Shown one piece after another: positions 34,842-44,533 of a stretch of DNA of 59,554 nucleotides. The first letter of the stretch is position 1. Every line of letters starts with the position of its first letter. The position numbers were made by a program, and so were the translations under genes. Source of the stretch: Promethearchaeota archaeon (lineage in GTDB: Archaea; Asgardarchaeota; Lokiarchaeia; Sigyniarchaeales; SOKP01); the NCBI GenBank assembly GCA_019894885.1, contig JAGXNP010000002.1, positions 1 through 59,554 on the forward strand. The letters are read 5' to 3'. The notes under the pieces were generated by a model that searched no databases, was not told the origin of the DNA, and was given only the letters and a program-made list of their open reading frames with translations.

Positions 34842-36098
34842 TTAATTTATCTGTCTATCTAAATGCTTAATTGTATTATAACAAACCTTTAAACAATCAT
34901 CCATAATAATATTTGAACATTTTTCTGGTGTATCCTTTTTAGAATGAATATAAATAGAATCTCTATCTGAATGAAATAATGCTGTTTGAAATGATTTATT
35001 CTTTTTTTTTGAAAATTTTCTAAATGATATATAATCGCTTTTTGGCTTAATAATTTTATTATACAATGTTATTGGTATATTCAATTCCTCTGCTGAAGCT
35101 TTTATTAATTTATTTATGTTTTCATTTATTGCTTTTTTAAATATTAATCCAGATTTATTTAATAGTCCTATATACGATCCCACCATGTCGATATTAATAT
35201 TAATGGACTTATTTAAGTCATAAATTTTATCGTATTTTTTGGCATATTTAGCCACGAATTTTTTTGAACCCTTTAATCCCCACTCTTCTGCTCCGCACCA
35301 TAAGAATAATACATCATAATTAGTAAGCGGGTTTTCCTTAATTTTTTTTGCTAATTCAATTAAAATTGAAACACCACTGGCGTTATCTATTGAACCCGTT
35401 GATATGCTGGAAGTAAATAGGAATAGAAACATAGGAATTATCACACTTATAGTTGTTAATGAAGAGACACTTACTAAATATAATAAAAATGTATTAAAAC
35501 TTGTAATTGACATAATATTTAATATTAACCAAAGTGAGATAAAAATGGATAACCCCATATATGGAATGATTATAATTTTCACGATAATCATTAAAATTCT
35601 TTGCATTGCATATGGGATTCTAGATGATATTGAATCATAATGTGCTGAAAAAATTATAATAGGCTGATTTGGCACCTTTTTTTTTGATGGTATTTTTGCG
35701 AATAAATTTTTAGACTGCTCACGGTTTACCAACGAGATTTTACGTGTTTTTTGAAACATGTACTTCACGAAATAAAAAAGAACAATTATTAAAAACAAGC
35801 GAAAGATAAGTAAATATGTGAAGATCATTAGATATATTGTTTTCATTAAATATCTAATTGGCGTACTCCAAGAAAAATATTCTACTTTAGAATTTATATT
35901 ATTAGCTATTAATTCATTTTTTATATAATTGATTGCCCTGGTTTCTCCTATGCTTGCTGCCGATCGATCATACGCTAATGCTTTTACATGATTTATAATT
36001 AATGCTTCAGTGATTAAATCTTCTTTTGTTATAAGTACCATATTCTCTTGTTTTTTAATCATTTCTTTATTTTTAAAACTCTTGAAATTATTACGCAT
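34842..36098 (-). CDS. M28-family aminopeptidase-like protein with internal TM segments
   Basis: 418 aa. VLFLWCGAEEWGLKGSKKF (M28 metal/catalytic Glu-Glu region), HYDS, SGSIDNASG. Hydrophobic stretches interrupt the domain. Confidence 0.65.
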   Translation of the reverse strand: MRNNFKSFKNKEMIKKQENMVLITKEDLITEALIINHVKALAYDRSAASIGETRAINYIKNELIANNINSKVEYFSWSTPIRYLMKTIYLMIFTYLLIFRLFLIIVLFYFVKYMFQKTRKISLVNREQSKNLFAKIPSKKKVPNQPIIIFSAHYDSISSRIPYAMQRILMIIVKIIIIPYMGLSIFISLWLILNIMSITSFNTFLLYLVSVSSLTTISVIIPMFLFLFTSSISTGSIDNASGVSILIELAKKIKENPLTNYDVLFLWCGAEEWGLKGSKKFVAKYAKKYDKIYDLNKSININIDMVGSYIGLLNKSGLIFKKAINENINKLIKASAEELNIPITLYNKIIKPKSDYISFRKFSKKKNKSFQTALFHSDRDSIYIHSKKDTPEKCSNIIMDDCLKVCYNTIKHLDRQIN

Positions 36099-36141
36099 AG
36101 TAAACTTATAAATATAACTAATCTATTGTAATCATTAATTA

Positions 36142-36216
36142 TAGGGAAAATTTATAAGATCTTGATTGTAAAGAAGTGAATTATAATGTTATAGGTTAAT
36201 ATCGAGATTTTCCCTA
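36142..36216. repeat. 10-bp inverted repeat TAGGGAAAAT ... ATTTTCCCTA with ~55-nt spacer
   Basis: Read directly, at 36142-36151 and 36207-36216. Lies in the 580-bp divergent intergenic region between the M28 and SBP genes. Confidence 0.4.
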
Positions 36217-36592
36217 ATCTCTTAACCTAATAAAATTTTAAATTATCAATAATTTTAATTATTAACACCCACATTAATCTGTTTGATTTTTTGTTTTAAT
36301 TATTTTAAACTTAAATTACTCTTTTTTAGCCATCGTATTAAGATATTTATTTAAAAAAATTATATTCATGTTTTTACTATTAAATTTTCCCAAATTAATC
36401 CTAATGTCGCGATTTTTAAGATTTTCAATAAAATAAGAGAAATTCACTGCTTATTAGAAATTTAAAAAAATAAATCATACTAATAAAATTTCTAATGAAA
36501 TCCTAATTATAATCATAAAATTAAATCTTGATCCTCATTTGCGAAAATACTTTCGTTATTTAGTTAACTGATAGATATAGTAAAAAAGGATA

Positions 36593-36664
36593 AAACTTAT
36601 AAGTTTACGAAGTAAAACAACTTATAACAAAAAATCTATAAAAAAACTTCAAATAAACTTCAAA
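36593..36664. promoter_or_regulatory. AACTT-core repeat array and TATA-like box upstream of the ABC substrate-binding gene
   Basis: 14-bp palindrome AAACTTATAAGTTT (36593-36606), AACTTATAA (36619-36627), TATAAAAAAA (36637-36646), and AAACTTCAAA twice 11 bp apart (36644-36653, 36655-36664). GTGAT SD-like sequence 7 nt before ATG 36680. Confidence 0.35.
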
Positions 36665-36679
36665 AAAAGTGATAAAAAT

Positions 36680-38425
36680 ATGGAAATGGAAAAAAAAAAT
36701 TTAGCAATCGTAATACTAGCTGTAGCTTTAGTTGCGTCTGGTGTTGGTAACATAATATTCGGAGTTATAATGGGTGGTATACAACCTCTTCCACCGGAAC
36801 AACCCTCTGCCATTATATATGGTACAATGTATGGACCTGAAGATGCAGATCCACAATACATGTGGGATTCCGCTTCATTTGACTATGCATTCAATGTCTG
36901 GGAAGGTTTATTTGCCTATAATCTAAGCGATCCTGATGTTCCTATGATTCCAATGCTAGCAACAGATTTTGGAGTTTGGGATGGAAATGTCATAACTTTA
37001 AACCTTCGACAAGGGGTAGATTTTCATTCTGGAACTCATTTTAATGCTACTTCAGTTAAATTCTCACTTGACAGATTAGCCTATTTATGCAACTTCACTG
37101 GTACTCAAGGAGAAGGAGATACATTGTATGGAGTATCAATCATAGAATCGATTTATATGTGGCCAGACGGTACACCTGTTATCGATCATGTAGATATTAT
37201 TTCTGAATATGTTGTTGACATTACATTATCTAAGCCATATGGTGTCTTCTTACCAATATTAACCTTTACAGCTGCTATGATGATGGACTATGAAATTACA
37301 CCTGCCGATGATTATATTTGCGAAGGAATGGCGGGAGCATATGGATACTATGAAGGTCCCTACAATGTTCTGGAAAACGACCCTACAATTTCTGGAACTG
37401 GTCCTTGGAAATTTCAATATTACGCTTCCGGTATAGAAGCCAAACTCATTAGAAATGATGATTATTGGCGAGGAGCTGGAGATATAGAAACTTTAATATT
37501 TTCAGTTATACAAGACTCTGACGCAAGAAATAGTGCTGTATTAGCTGGAGATATTAATATCTTATTAGATCCTCATCCCTCTTATTATGATGTTATGAGA
37601 GATGATCCCGCTATAACACTCACTGAAGGCTTACCTGGTACCATTACCCAGTATCTTGGATTCAATAACAAACTATACAACAAAACCTGGAGAAGCGCGA
37701 TGTCGTATGCAATTGATTACGATTACATGATCGAGGAGCTCTTAGAAGGTGAAGCAGTACGATTAAAATCACCAGTTCCTTTAGGAATTCAATTTGCCGA
37801 CTGGTCATTTGATGTTCCTGTTTTAGACCTGACAATCGCTCGAGCCTTTATGACGAGTATGGGTTTTGGAACAGGTTTTACAACAGAAACTGATTGGACA
37901 GATGTAGCCGCAGGGACAACTCCTTTCTTAACGGTTAACTTTACATATAACCTAGGAAATCAATTCAGAGAAGATATGTTAGTGTTATTACAAGGTAATC
38001 TAGCAAAGATCGGAATTAAAGTCACAGATAGCGGTCAGGAATGGGGACCATACTTGGACCTCCTTTATGATAGAATTCCTAATGGATGGAATAAATTATC
38101 TATCTGGTTTATTGGATGGATGCCCGACTATAACGATCCAAGCAACTATGTGAATTCGTTAATGGCCAATTATTCGTCTTCAAACTCTGCTCAAATAAAC
38201 GATCCGACATTAGAGGCTTATATGTTAGCAGGACTCGAGGAAACTGATCAAAATGTAAGAGAACAGATTTACAAGGATCTTCAACAATACGTAGTCGAAG
38301 AACTTAGACCCTGGGCTTTTGGATATGTAAGCAGAAACTTTGATGCGAATTATCTTACATTGAAAGGTTTCCCAACTAACGGTATGGGCTATGCATACTT
38401 CTATCCGTGCTATTATGACTTATAA
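36680..38425 (+). CDS. ABC transporter substrate-binding protein, family 5 (Opp/Dpp/Nik-type)
   Basis: 581 aa. N-terminal TM anchor, then a typical SBP_bac_5 pattern (EGLF, W.DG.P.T..DV..S..R, GTGP(W/Y)KF, ...NDP). Confidence 0.85.
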   Translation: MEMEKKNLAIVILAVALVASGVGNIIFGVIMGGIQPLPPEQPSAIIYGTMYGPEDADPQYMWDSASFDYAFNVWEGLFAYNLSDPDVPMIPMLATDFGVWDGNVITLNLRQGVDFHSGTHFNATSVKFSLDRLAYLCNFTGTQGEGDTLYGVSIIESIYMWPDGTPVIDHVDIISEYVVDITLSKPYGVFLPILTFTAAMMMDYEITPADDYICEGMAGAYGYYEGPYNVLENDPTISGTGPWKFQYYASGIEAKLIRNDDYWRGAGDIETLIFSVIQDSDARNSAVLAGDINILLDPHPSYYDVMRDDPAITLTEGLPGTITQYLGFNNKLYNKTWRSAMSYAIDYDYMIEELLEGEAVRLKSPVPLGIQFADWSFDVPVLDLTIARAFMTSMGFGTGFTTETDWTDVAAGTTPFLTVNFTYNLGNQFREDMLVLLQGNLAKIGIKVTDSGQEWGPYLDLLYDRIPNGWNKLSIWFIGWMPDYNDPSNYVNSLMANYSSSNSAQINDPTLEAYMLAGLEETDQNVREQIYKDLQQYVVEELRPWAFGYVSRNFDANYLTLKGFPTNGMGYAYFYPCYYDL

Positions 38426-38467
38426 GAAACGGAAGTATTGAAAATCAATATTAAGAATCAAAAAAAC

Positions 38468-38477
38468 TTTTTTTTTT
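38468..38477 (+). terminator. T10 tract downstream of the SBP gene
   Basis: aaaaaacTTTTTTTTTTatt lies ~43 nt after the stop. Possible attenuating or terminating oligo-T inside the operon. Confidence 0.35.
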
Positions 38478-38526
38478 ATTATTATATTATATTTAAGATT
38501 TTAAATAGAAAACAAATGATTTTTTA

Positions 38527-39429
38527 ATGAGCTCCAAACGCTTCTTCTTTAATCCTCCAACAAAATTAAAAGTTTTTAAAAATGATCTCGCTCCATTAGG
38601 ATTTTTTTTTGATTTAATTCCAACAAAAAATTTTAAGATACCTATAATGCCCGTTCCGATGAGAATTGATAAACTTACAAATCGTCAACCAACCTTATTT
38701 ATCTTACCTGATTTTAACTCTCTTAAAAATATATTTCAAAAATATCATTTATTTATTAATTTTAAGCAATTTTTTTTAATTGGATTAACTAATTTAATCT
38801 CTTATGCTAAAGTTAAATATAAGGAAATAACGAAAAGAAACCTTAAAGATGAAATCATTATCCAATGGTTTGAAAAGTCAAAAAACATCATCACAGAGAT
38901 TTATAGCTTAACCGGAACATTTACATTTATAATTTCTGAATTTTTAAAAACACTTTATTTTATTAATACTGAAAAGACTAAGGATGAAAATAGTAATACA
39001 CTCAAGCATTTTATCCAATACTGTGATACAATGATTAATCATTGTGAAGAAAAAATAGAAAATAATACATTTATAATAAAAAAGGGGGATACAGAAGAAG
39101 AAGTAAAATTATACAAAGAAAAAAATAATAAATGTTATCCTGAAATTGTAAGTGTTGATGTGGACAATCTATTATTAAATAAAAAAGAAAAAAGGAGTTT
39201 TATTCCATATCTTATCTATGATGATTTATTTGATTGTTTTTCGTACAATAAAAAAAAATTATTTGAAAATCCAATAAATGATTTATCGATAAATTACTGG
39301 TTTGAGAATCGAATAATTAATAAAGATTCTACCATTGATAACTTTAAAATTGAAGAGTTATATCTTAATCAAATTAATTTAAGCTTTTATTCGATATCAA
39401 GCGATTGCTATGAAAAAAATAAAAATTGA
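38527..39429 (+). CDS. Hypothetical protein (Lys/Asn/Ile/Phe-rich ORFan) inserted in the Opp operon
   Basis: 300-aa ORF on the operon strand in extremely AT-rich DNA. No motif recognised. Confidence 0.4.
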   Translation: MSSKRFFFNPPTKLKVFKNDLAPLGFFFDLIPTKNFKIPIMPVPMRIDKLTNRQPTLFILPDFNSLKNIFQKYHLFINFKQFFLIGLTNLISYAKVKYKEITKRNLKDEIIIQWFEKSKNIITEIYSLTGTFTFIISEFLKTLYFINTEKTKDENSNTLKHFIQYCDTMINHCEEKIENNTFIIKKGDTEEEVKLYKEKNNKCYPEIVSVDVDNLLLNKKEKRSFIPYLIYDDLFDCFSYNKKKLFENPINDLSINYWFENRIINKDSTIDNFKIEELYLNQINLSFYSISSDCYEKNKN

Positions 39430-39868
39430 ATTAGCTAGACAAGGAACTTTTATTGTAACCATAATATTAATCCATTTCGTCTTTTTTGGTTATATTGCCA
39501 ATGTATATGAAAAAACTATTGGAATAAATATTATATTCTTAAATAAAATTTTATTTAGCCCTGTTTCATATCTGTCAACGCTTATTCTTATAGCGATTGT
39601 GTTTTTTCTCGTTTTTAGAGAAGCATTTTTTGAATATGGGCTGAGAAATAGCATAATGCTCGTACCGATTATGATAGGTATGTCATGGGTATGGTCATGG
39701 ATTATGAATGGTTTTAATCTAATAATAATCCCTCTGTTTTTTATAAGTTTAGATGGATATCTGACGATAATTTCCATTTTTGGTATTAATTTGGCAACAG
39801 CAATATTAGCATCTATCCTTAAACAAAGATATAAAGAATATAAAAAAAAAGTGAAGGAAATTATTTAA
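39410..39868 (+). CDS. Hypothetical small membrane protein (4 TM)
   Basis: 152-aa hydrophobic ORF overlapping the previous ORF by 20 nt. No motif recognised. Confidence 0.4.
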   Translation: MKKIKIELARQGTFIVTIILIHFVFFGYIANVYEKTIGINIIFLNKILFSPVSYLSTLILIAIVFFLVFREAFFEYGLRNSIMLVPIMIGMSWVWSWIMNGFNLIIIPLFFISLDGYLTIISIFGINLATAILASILKQRYKEYKKKVKEII

Positions 39869-39936
39869 GGAGACATGAATAAAATTTTTATAATTATTAA
39901 ATTAAATTAAACTTACTATATGGGGACTAATAAAAA

Positions 39937-40953
39937 ATGAGTATGTTAAAATACATATTAAGAAGACTTCTAGTTATGATACCTGTACTATTCGGAGTTT
40001 TAGTAATTACGTTTGTATTATCTAGAATGATGCCAGGTGACCCTATTTTAGCCAATATTCCACAAGTATTCACACAAGCACAATATGATGCAGCTGAACA
40101 CCGTTTGGGTTTTGATCTGCCTCTATGGCAACAATTTTTTATATATATAGGTAATCTTTTTACCGGAAATTGGGGCTATTCTGTATCGATAAATAAAGGT
40201 CAAGCAGTTTGGGAATTAATTTGGCAAAGATTTCCAAGAACATTAGATATTGCATTATTTTCTATGATTATAGCTGCTTTTATCGGTATTAAAACAGGCG
40301 TAATATCGGCAAAACATAGGAACAAGGCAAAAGATACTATTTTGAGAGGAGTTGCTCTGATTGGGGTTTCAATACCTATTTTTTGGCTCGGATTAATATT
40401 ACAATTAACATTAGCATATAGATTAGGTTTATTTCCCGCAATAGGGTATAAAACTCTTACCTATGATGAACCGGTATTTTTAACGGGATTTAGAATAATA
40501 GATTCTTTGGTGTCTGGTCAATGGTATATAATAACAGATTATTTATATCATCTAGCTCTTCCCGTTCTCTGTTTATCATTTATCACATTAGCCTCTATAA
40601 CTAGACAGACACGTTCCAGCATGTTAGAAGTCCTTCAACAAGATTACGTAAGAACTGCCAGAGCAAAAGGTTGTGCTGAAAAAGATGTGATAAATAAACA
40701 TGCAAAAAAAAATGCCTTAATCCCAACAGTCACAGTAATAGGTTTAAACATCGGAGCCTTACTCGGAGGTGCCGTTTTGACTGAAACAACTTTTAATTTA
40801 CATGGAGTGGGAGAATTATTGTTACGTGCTATAGTAGACAGAGATTATTATGTGATAAATGCTATTGTATTTATGATTACTATTATTTTTATTGCAGTGA
40901 ACTTATTTACCGATTTAATCTATGCCTATCTTGATCCCCGCATAAAATATTGA
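39937..40953 (+). CDS. ABC peptide-transporter permease (OppB/DppB-type)
   Basis: 338 aa. N-terminal YILRRLL..IPVLFGV..ITF and the EAA-loop region QDYVRTARAKG. Confidence 0.9.
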   Translation: MSMLKYILRRLLVMIPVLFGVLVITFVLSRMMPGDPILANIPQVFTQAQYDAAEHRLGFDLPLWQQFFIYIGNLFTGNWGYSVSINKGQAVWELIWQRFPRTLDIALFSMIIAAFIGIKTGVISAKHRNKAKDTILRGVALIGVSIPIFWLGLILQLTLAYRLGLFPAIGYKTLTYDEPVFLTGFRIIDSLVSGQWYIITDYLYHLALPVLCLSFITLASITRQTRSSMLEVLQQDYVRTARAKGCAEKDVINKHAKKNALIPTVTVIGLNIGALLGGAVLTETTFNLHGVGELLLRAIVDRDYYVINAIVFMITIIFIAVNLFTDLIYAYLDPRIKY

Positions 40954-40987
40954 TCAAATAAGAAAATAAAGAGTTGAACATTAAAAA

Positions 40988-41989
40988 ATGACACAATTAG
41001 TTGAACAAGAATTTAAATTAGAGGAAAGAAAAGAAAAAAGCGTAGCAAAAAGGATTTTCAAATGGATTGGTTCAAATCTAAAATTTTTATTTATCCCAGG
41101 TTATAGACTAGAAGAACTGACTATTCGTGAACAAGAATATGAAAAAACAATTAGCAAACGAAAATTTATCAGGAGATTAAAATCCGTTTTGACTATAATA
41201 GGAATTGGTATTGTATTTATGATAGTAACTTTTGCTGTATTTGCTCCTTGGATTTCACCATACACCTTTGATGTAGCAAATGGAGTTTTAGAGGGATCAT
41301 GGGATGGACCATCTGCCGAACACCTACTAGGTCAAACTAATTTTGGAAGGGATATTCTTGCACGTATGATATGGGGAGCAAGGTCTTCGTTAACAATCGC
41401 ACTACCCGCTATAACATTAAGCGTTGTATTAGGAGTTATCTTTGGAATTATAGCTGCATATTTTGGAGGTTGGGTTGATTCGATAATAATGAGAATTTCT
41501 GATATCTTCTTTGCATTTCCAGGATTAATTTTTGCCATAGTGTTAGTTGGAATTTTAGGTCGTAGTATGGAGATTATCATTTTAGCATATGGAATCTTAG
41601 GAATTCCATATTATTCGCGACTAATTCGGGCTAGTGTCCTACAAGCAAAAGAGTTACCTTATGTAGAAGCAGCAAGAGTTTCTGGAGCTAGAAATTGGAG
41701 AATTATGTTTAGACATATTCTGCCAAATTGTATTCAACCAATTATAATTTCCTTTACATTTGATATTGGAGGAGTTATTTTGAGTTTTGCAGGACTAGCA
41801 TTCTTGGGATATAGCGATCCTAGTCTGATTGAATGGGGCCGAGATATAGATATCGGACGTGGGCATTTAGTTAATGCTCCATGGGCATCATTATGGCCGG
41901 GATTAATGATAATAATAACCGTTTTGGGCTTTATGTTAATTGGAGATGGATTAAGAGATGCTTTAGACCCAAGATTGAGAAATCTATAA
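40988..41989 (+). CDS. ABC peptide-transporter permease (OppC/DppC-type)
   Basis: 333 aa. HLLGQTNFGRDILARMIWGAR and the EAA-loop YVEAARVSGA. Confidence 0.9.
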   Translation: MTQLVEQEFKLEERKEKSVAKRIFKWIGSNLKFLFIPGYRLEELTIREQEYEKTISKRKFIRRLKSVLTIIGIGIVFMIVTFAVFAPWISPYTFDVANGVLEGSWDGPSAEHLLGQTNFGRDILARMIWGARSSLTIALPAITLSVVLGVIFGIIAAYFGGWVDSIIMRISDIFFAFPGLIFAIVLVGILGRSMEIIILAYGILGIPYYSRLIRASVLQAKELPYVEAARVSGARNWRIMFRHILPNCIQPIIISFTFDIGGVILSFAGLAFLGYSDPSLIEWGRDIDIGRGHLVNAPWASLWPGLMIIITVLGFMLIGDGLRDALDPRLRNL

Positions 41990-42039
41990 GATTTTTTTTA
42001 CTATATACAAATTAAATAATTGTTAGGCAAAAGATAGAA

Positions 42040-43302
42040 ATGAATATTACAGAAAATAAGCAAATTTCAGAAAAGGAAACTCTGGTCGAATCAGAAGCAT
42101 TTGATGAAAATCTGGAAAAATTGCTTGAAATAACCAATCTTAAGACTTATTTTTTTACAGAAGAAGGGATAGTTAAAGCAGTTGATGATGTTTCTTTTGA
42201 TATTTATAAAAATGAAGTAGTAGGCTTAGTCGGAGAAACTGGATGTGGAAAATCTGTTACTGCACTTTCAATTTTACGGCTTGTAAGAGAACCTGGAAAA
42301 ATTATTGAAGGATCTATTAAATATAAAAATGAGAATTTATTAGACTTGACTGAAGCTGAAATGAGAAGTTTCCGAGGTAAAAATATAACAATGATTTTTC
42401 AAGATCCTCTAAATTCTTTAAATCCAGTAATTTCTGTCGGAGATCAGATTGCAGAAGTTTTTCTCTTGCATCAACAAGATATTCTTAAAAAAGAATTGGA
42501 TGAACGATTATTAGAACGAAAAAATAAAAGAAATAAAAAAAAAGAATTAAAAAATCAATTAGGAGAATTAACTGGAGAGGAGCGAAATAAAATTGAAAAA
42601 GAAATTAAAAAACTAAAAGAAGAGACAAATCATATACCTGTGATAAAAGATGTTCTTTTAGATAGTGCGGAGCAAATTATCCAAGAAGTAGGAATTGCTG
42701 ATGCACGAGGGATTTTAAAACGATACCCTCATGAATTAAGTGGTGGTATGAGGCAAAGAATCATGATTGCAATGGCACTTTCTTGTAATCCTGATTTACT
42801 AATCGCTGATGAGCCAACAACCGCTCTTGATGTTACCATTCAAGCCCAAATCTTAGATCTAATGAAAGGTTTGAAGACAAGGTTTCAAACCTCAATATTA
42901 CTTATCACTCATGATTTAGGTATTATTGCTGAAATGTGTAATAGAGTTGCGGTCATGTATAGTGGAAATATTGTTGAATATGCTTCAGGTTTTGATTTAT
43001 TTAAAAATCCACGTCATCCTTATACTCAAGGGTTAATAGAGGCTATACCGAGCATTGAAAAGAAAAATCAAAAACTAAGAACTATTCGTGGAATGGTTCC
43101 CAATCTTATCTACCCTCCATCAGGTTGTAGATTCCACCCACGATGCGACAAGCGATTAGAGATATGTGATAAAGTAAAACCTAGATTCCTTGAAATTGGT
43201 AAAAGATACTATATTGCCTGCCACTTATTTGATCCAAAATATAAGGATTCACCTAAATACGAATGGGAAGAAAAAGAAGATAAATTATCTAGACAAGTTT
43301 AA
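42040..43302 (+). CDS. ABC peptide-transporter ATPase (OppD/DppD-type) with ~50-aa charged insertion
   Basis: Walker A GETGCGKS, Q-loop FQDP, signature LSGGMRQR, Walker B LLIADEPTTALD, C-terminal Opp motif PSGCRFHPRC. A Lys/Glu-rich insert at nt 42481-42639 lies between the Q-loop and the signature. Confidence 0.9.
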   Translation: MNITENKQISEKETLVESEAFDENLEKLLEITNLKTYFFTEEGIVKAVDDVSFDIYKNEVVGLVGETGCGKSVTALSILRLVREPGKIIEGSIKYKNENLLDLTEAEMRSFRGKNITMIFQDPLNSLNPVISVGDQIAEVFLLHQQDILKKELDERLLERKNKRNKKKELKNQLGELTGEERNKIEKEIKKLKEETNHIPVIKDVLLDSAEQIIQEVGIADARGILKRYPHELSGGMRQRIMIAMALSCNPDLLIADEPTTALDVTIQAQILDLMKGLKTRFQTSILLITHDLGIIAEMCNRVAVMYSGNIVEYASGFDLFKNPRHPYTQGLIEAIPSIEKKNQKLRTIRGMVPNLIYPPSGCRFHPRCDKRLEICDKVKPRFLEIGKRYYIACHLFDPKYKDSPKYEWEEKEDKLSRQV

Positions 43303-43308
43303 AATTTA

Positions 43309-44385
43309 ATGGGAAAAAAGAGGATTAAAAATAAAATGACAATAAGTGAAGAATTAACAGCCCCTTCTAAGCCTTCAGAGGAAATTATTCTTTCTGTTAA
43401 AGATCTAAAAACGTATTATCCAATTTATGGAGGTTTGTTTAAACGAAAAATAGGGGAAGTAAAAGCAGTAGATGGAGTTTCTTTTAACCTTTATAAAGGG
43501 GAAACTTTAGGCTTAGTAGGAGAAAGTGGGTGTGGTAAAACTACAATTGGGAATACTATATTAAATTTAGTTCCTGCTACTGCAGGTGAGATCTGGTATA
43601 AAGATCAAAGAATAGATGAAAAATTCAGCAAAGATATACGGAAAAAAATTCAAATGGTTTTTCAAGATCCTGATTCATCTCTTAATCCAAGATGGAAAGT
43701 TGTTAATATTATTGGTGAACCTTTAAGATTGCTGATGGGGATTAAGAAAAGGAAAGAAATCCGAAGGAGAGTCTTGGGGCTATTAGAAACAGTCTCTCTA
43801 AAAAACGAGCATTTAGATCGATATCCACACGAATTCTCTGGAGGTCAGAAGCAAAGGATAGTAATAGCAAGAGCACTTGCATGCAATCCTGAAATAATAA
43901 TATTAGATGAGCCAACTTCTGCCTTAGATGTTTCCGTTCAAGCTCAAATTTTAAACTTATTAAAAGAACTACAAAGGAGGTTTGATTTATCTTACCTGTT
44001 TATAACGCATGACTTAAGCGTTATTCAACACATCGGAAATAGAATTGAAGTTATGTATTTAGGTAAAATGGTTGAAGGTGGAATGATAGAAGATGTGTTT
44101 TATAATCCTACACATCCTTATACTAAAGCTCTGCTTTCTGCAAGACCAACTTTCGATCCTGGTTCAAGAGCTAATCGGATTATATTAAAAGGTGATGTTC
44201 CTAGTCCAATAAATCCTCCGAGTGGGTGTGCGTTCCATCCAAGATGTTTTGAGGATACTGAACATGAAGGATGCAATCTGAATAGTCCTAAGAGAGTAGA
44301 ACTTGGTGGCAAGCATTACATGTATTGTAGACCCTTAAGTGATAAACCTAAATCCTACGAAGGAATGGAATACATCTCAGATTAG
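43309..44385 (+). CDS. ABC peptide-transporter ATPase (OppF/DppF-type)
   Basis: Walker A GESGCGKT, LSGGQKQR, IILDEPTSALD, C-terminal PSGCAFHPRC. Confidence 0.9.
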   Translation: MGKKRIKNKMTISEELTAPSKPSEEIILSVKDLKTYYPIYGGLFKRKIGEVKAVDGVSFNLYKGETLGLVGESGCGKTTIGNTILNLVPATAGEIWYKDQRIDEKFSKDIRKKIQMVFQDPDSSLNPRWKVVNIIGEPLRLLMGIKKRKEIRRRVLGLLETVSLKNEHLDRYPHEFSGGQKQRIVIARALACNPEIIILDEPTSALDVSVQAQILNLLKELQRRFDLSYLFITHDLSVIQHIGNRIEVMYLGKMVEGGMIEDVFYNPTHPYTKALLSARPTFDPGSRANRIILKGDVPSPINPPSGCAFHPRCFEDTEHEGCNLNSPKRVELGGKHYMYCRPLSDKPKSYEGMEYISD

Positions 44386-44533
44386 TTATTTTTCTGCTTG
44401 AAGCTCTTTTTCTTTATCATTTTTTCATTAAACAATCTATTTTATATTATATCGCAGATTATTCAAGAAAATATCCAATGTTAGCGACAATTTCATAAAA
44501 AAAATAAATAATATCACATTTTACTAATTAATC

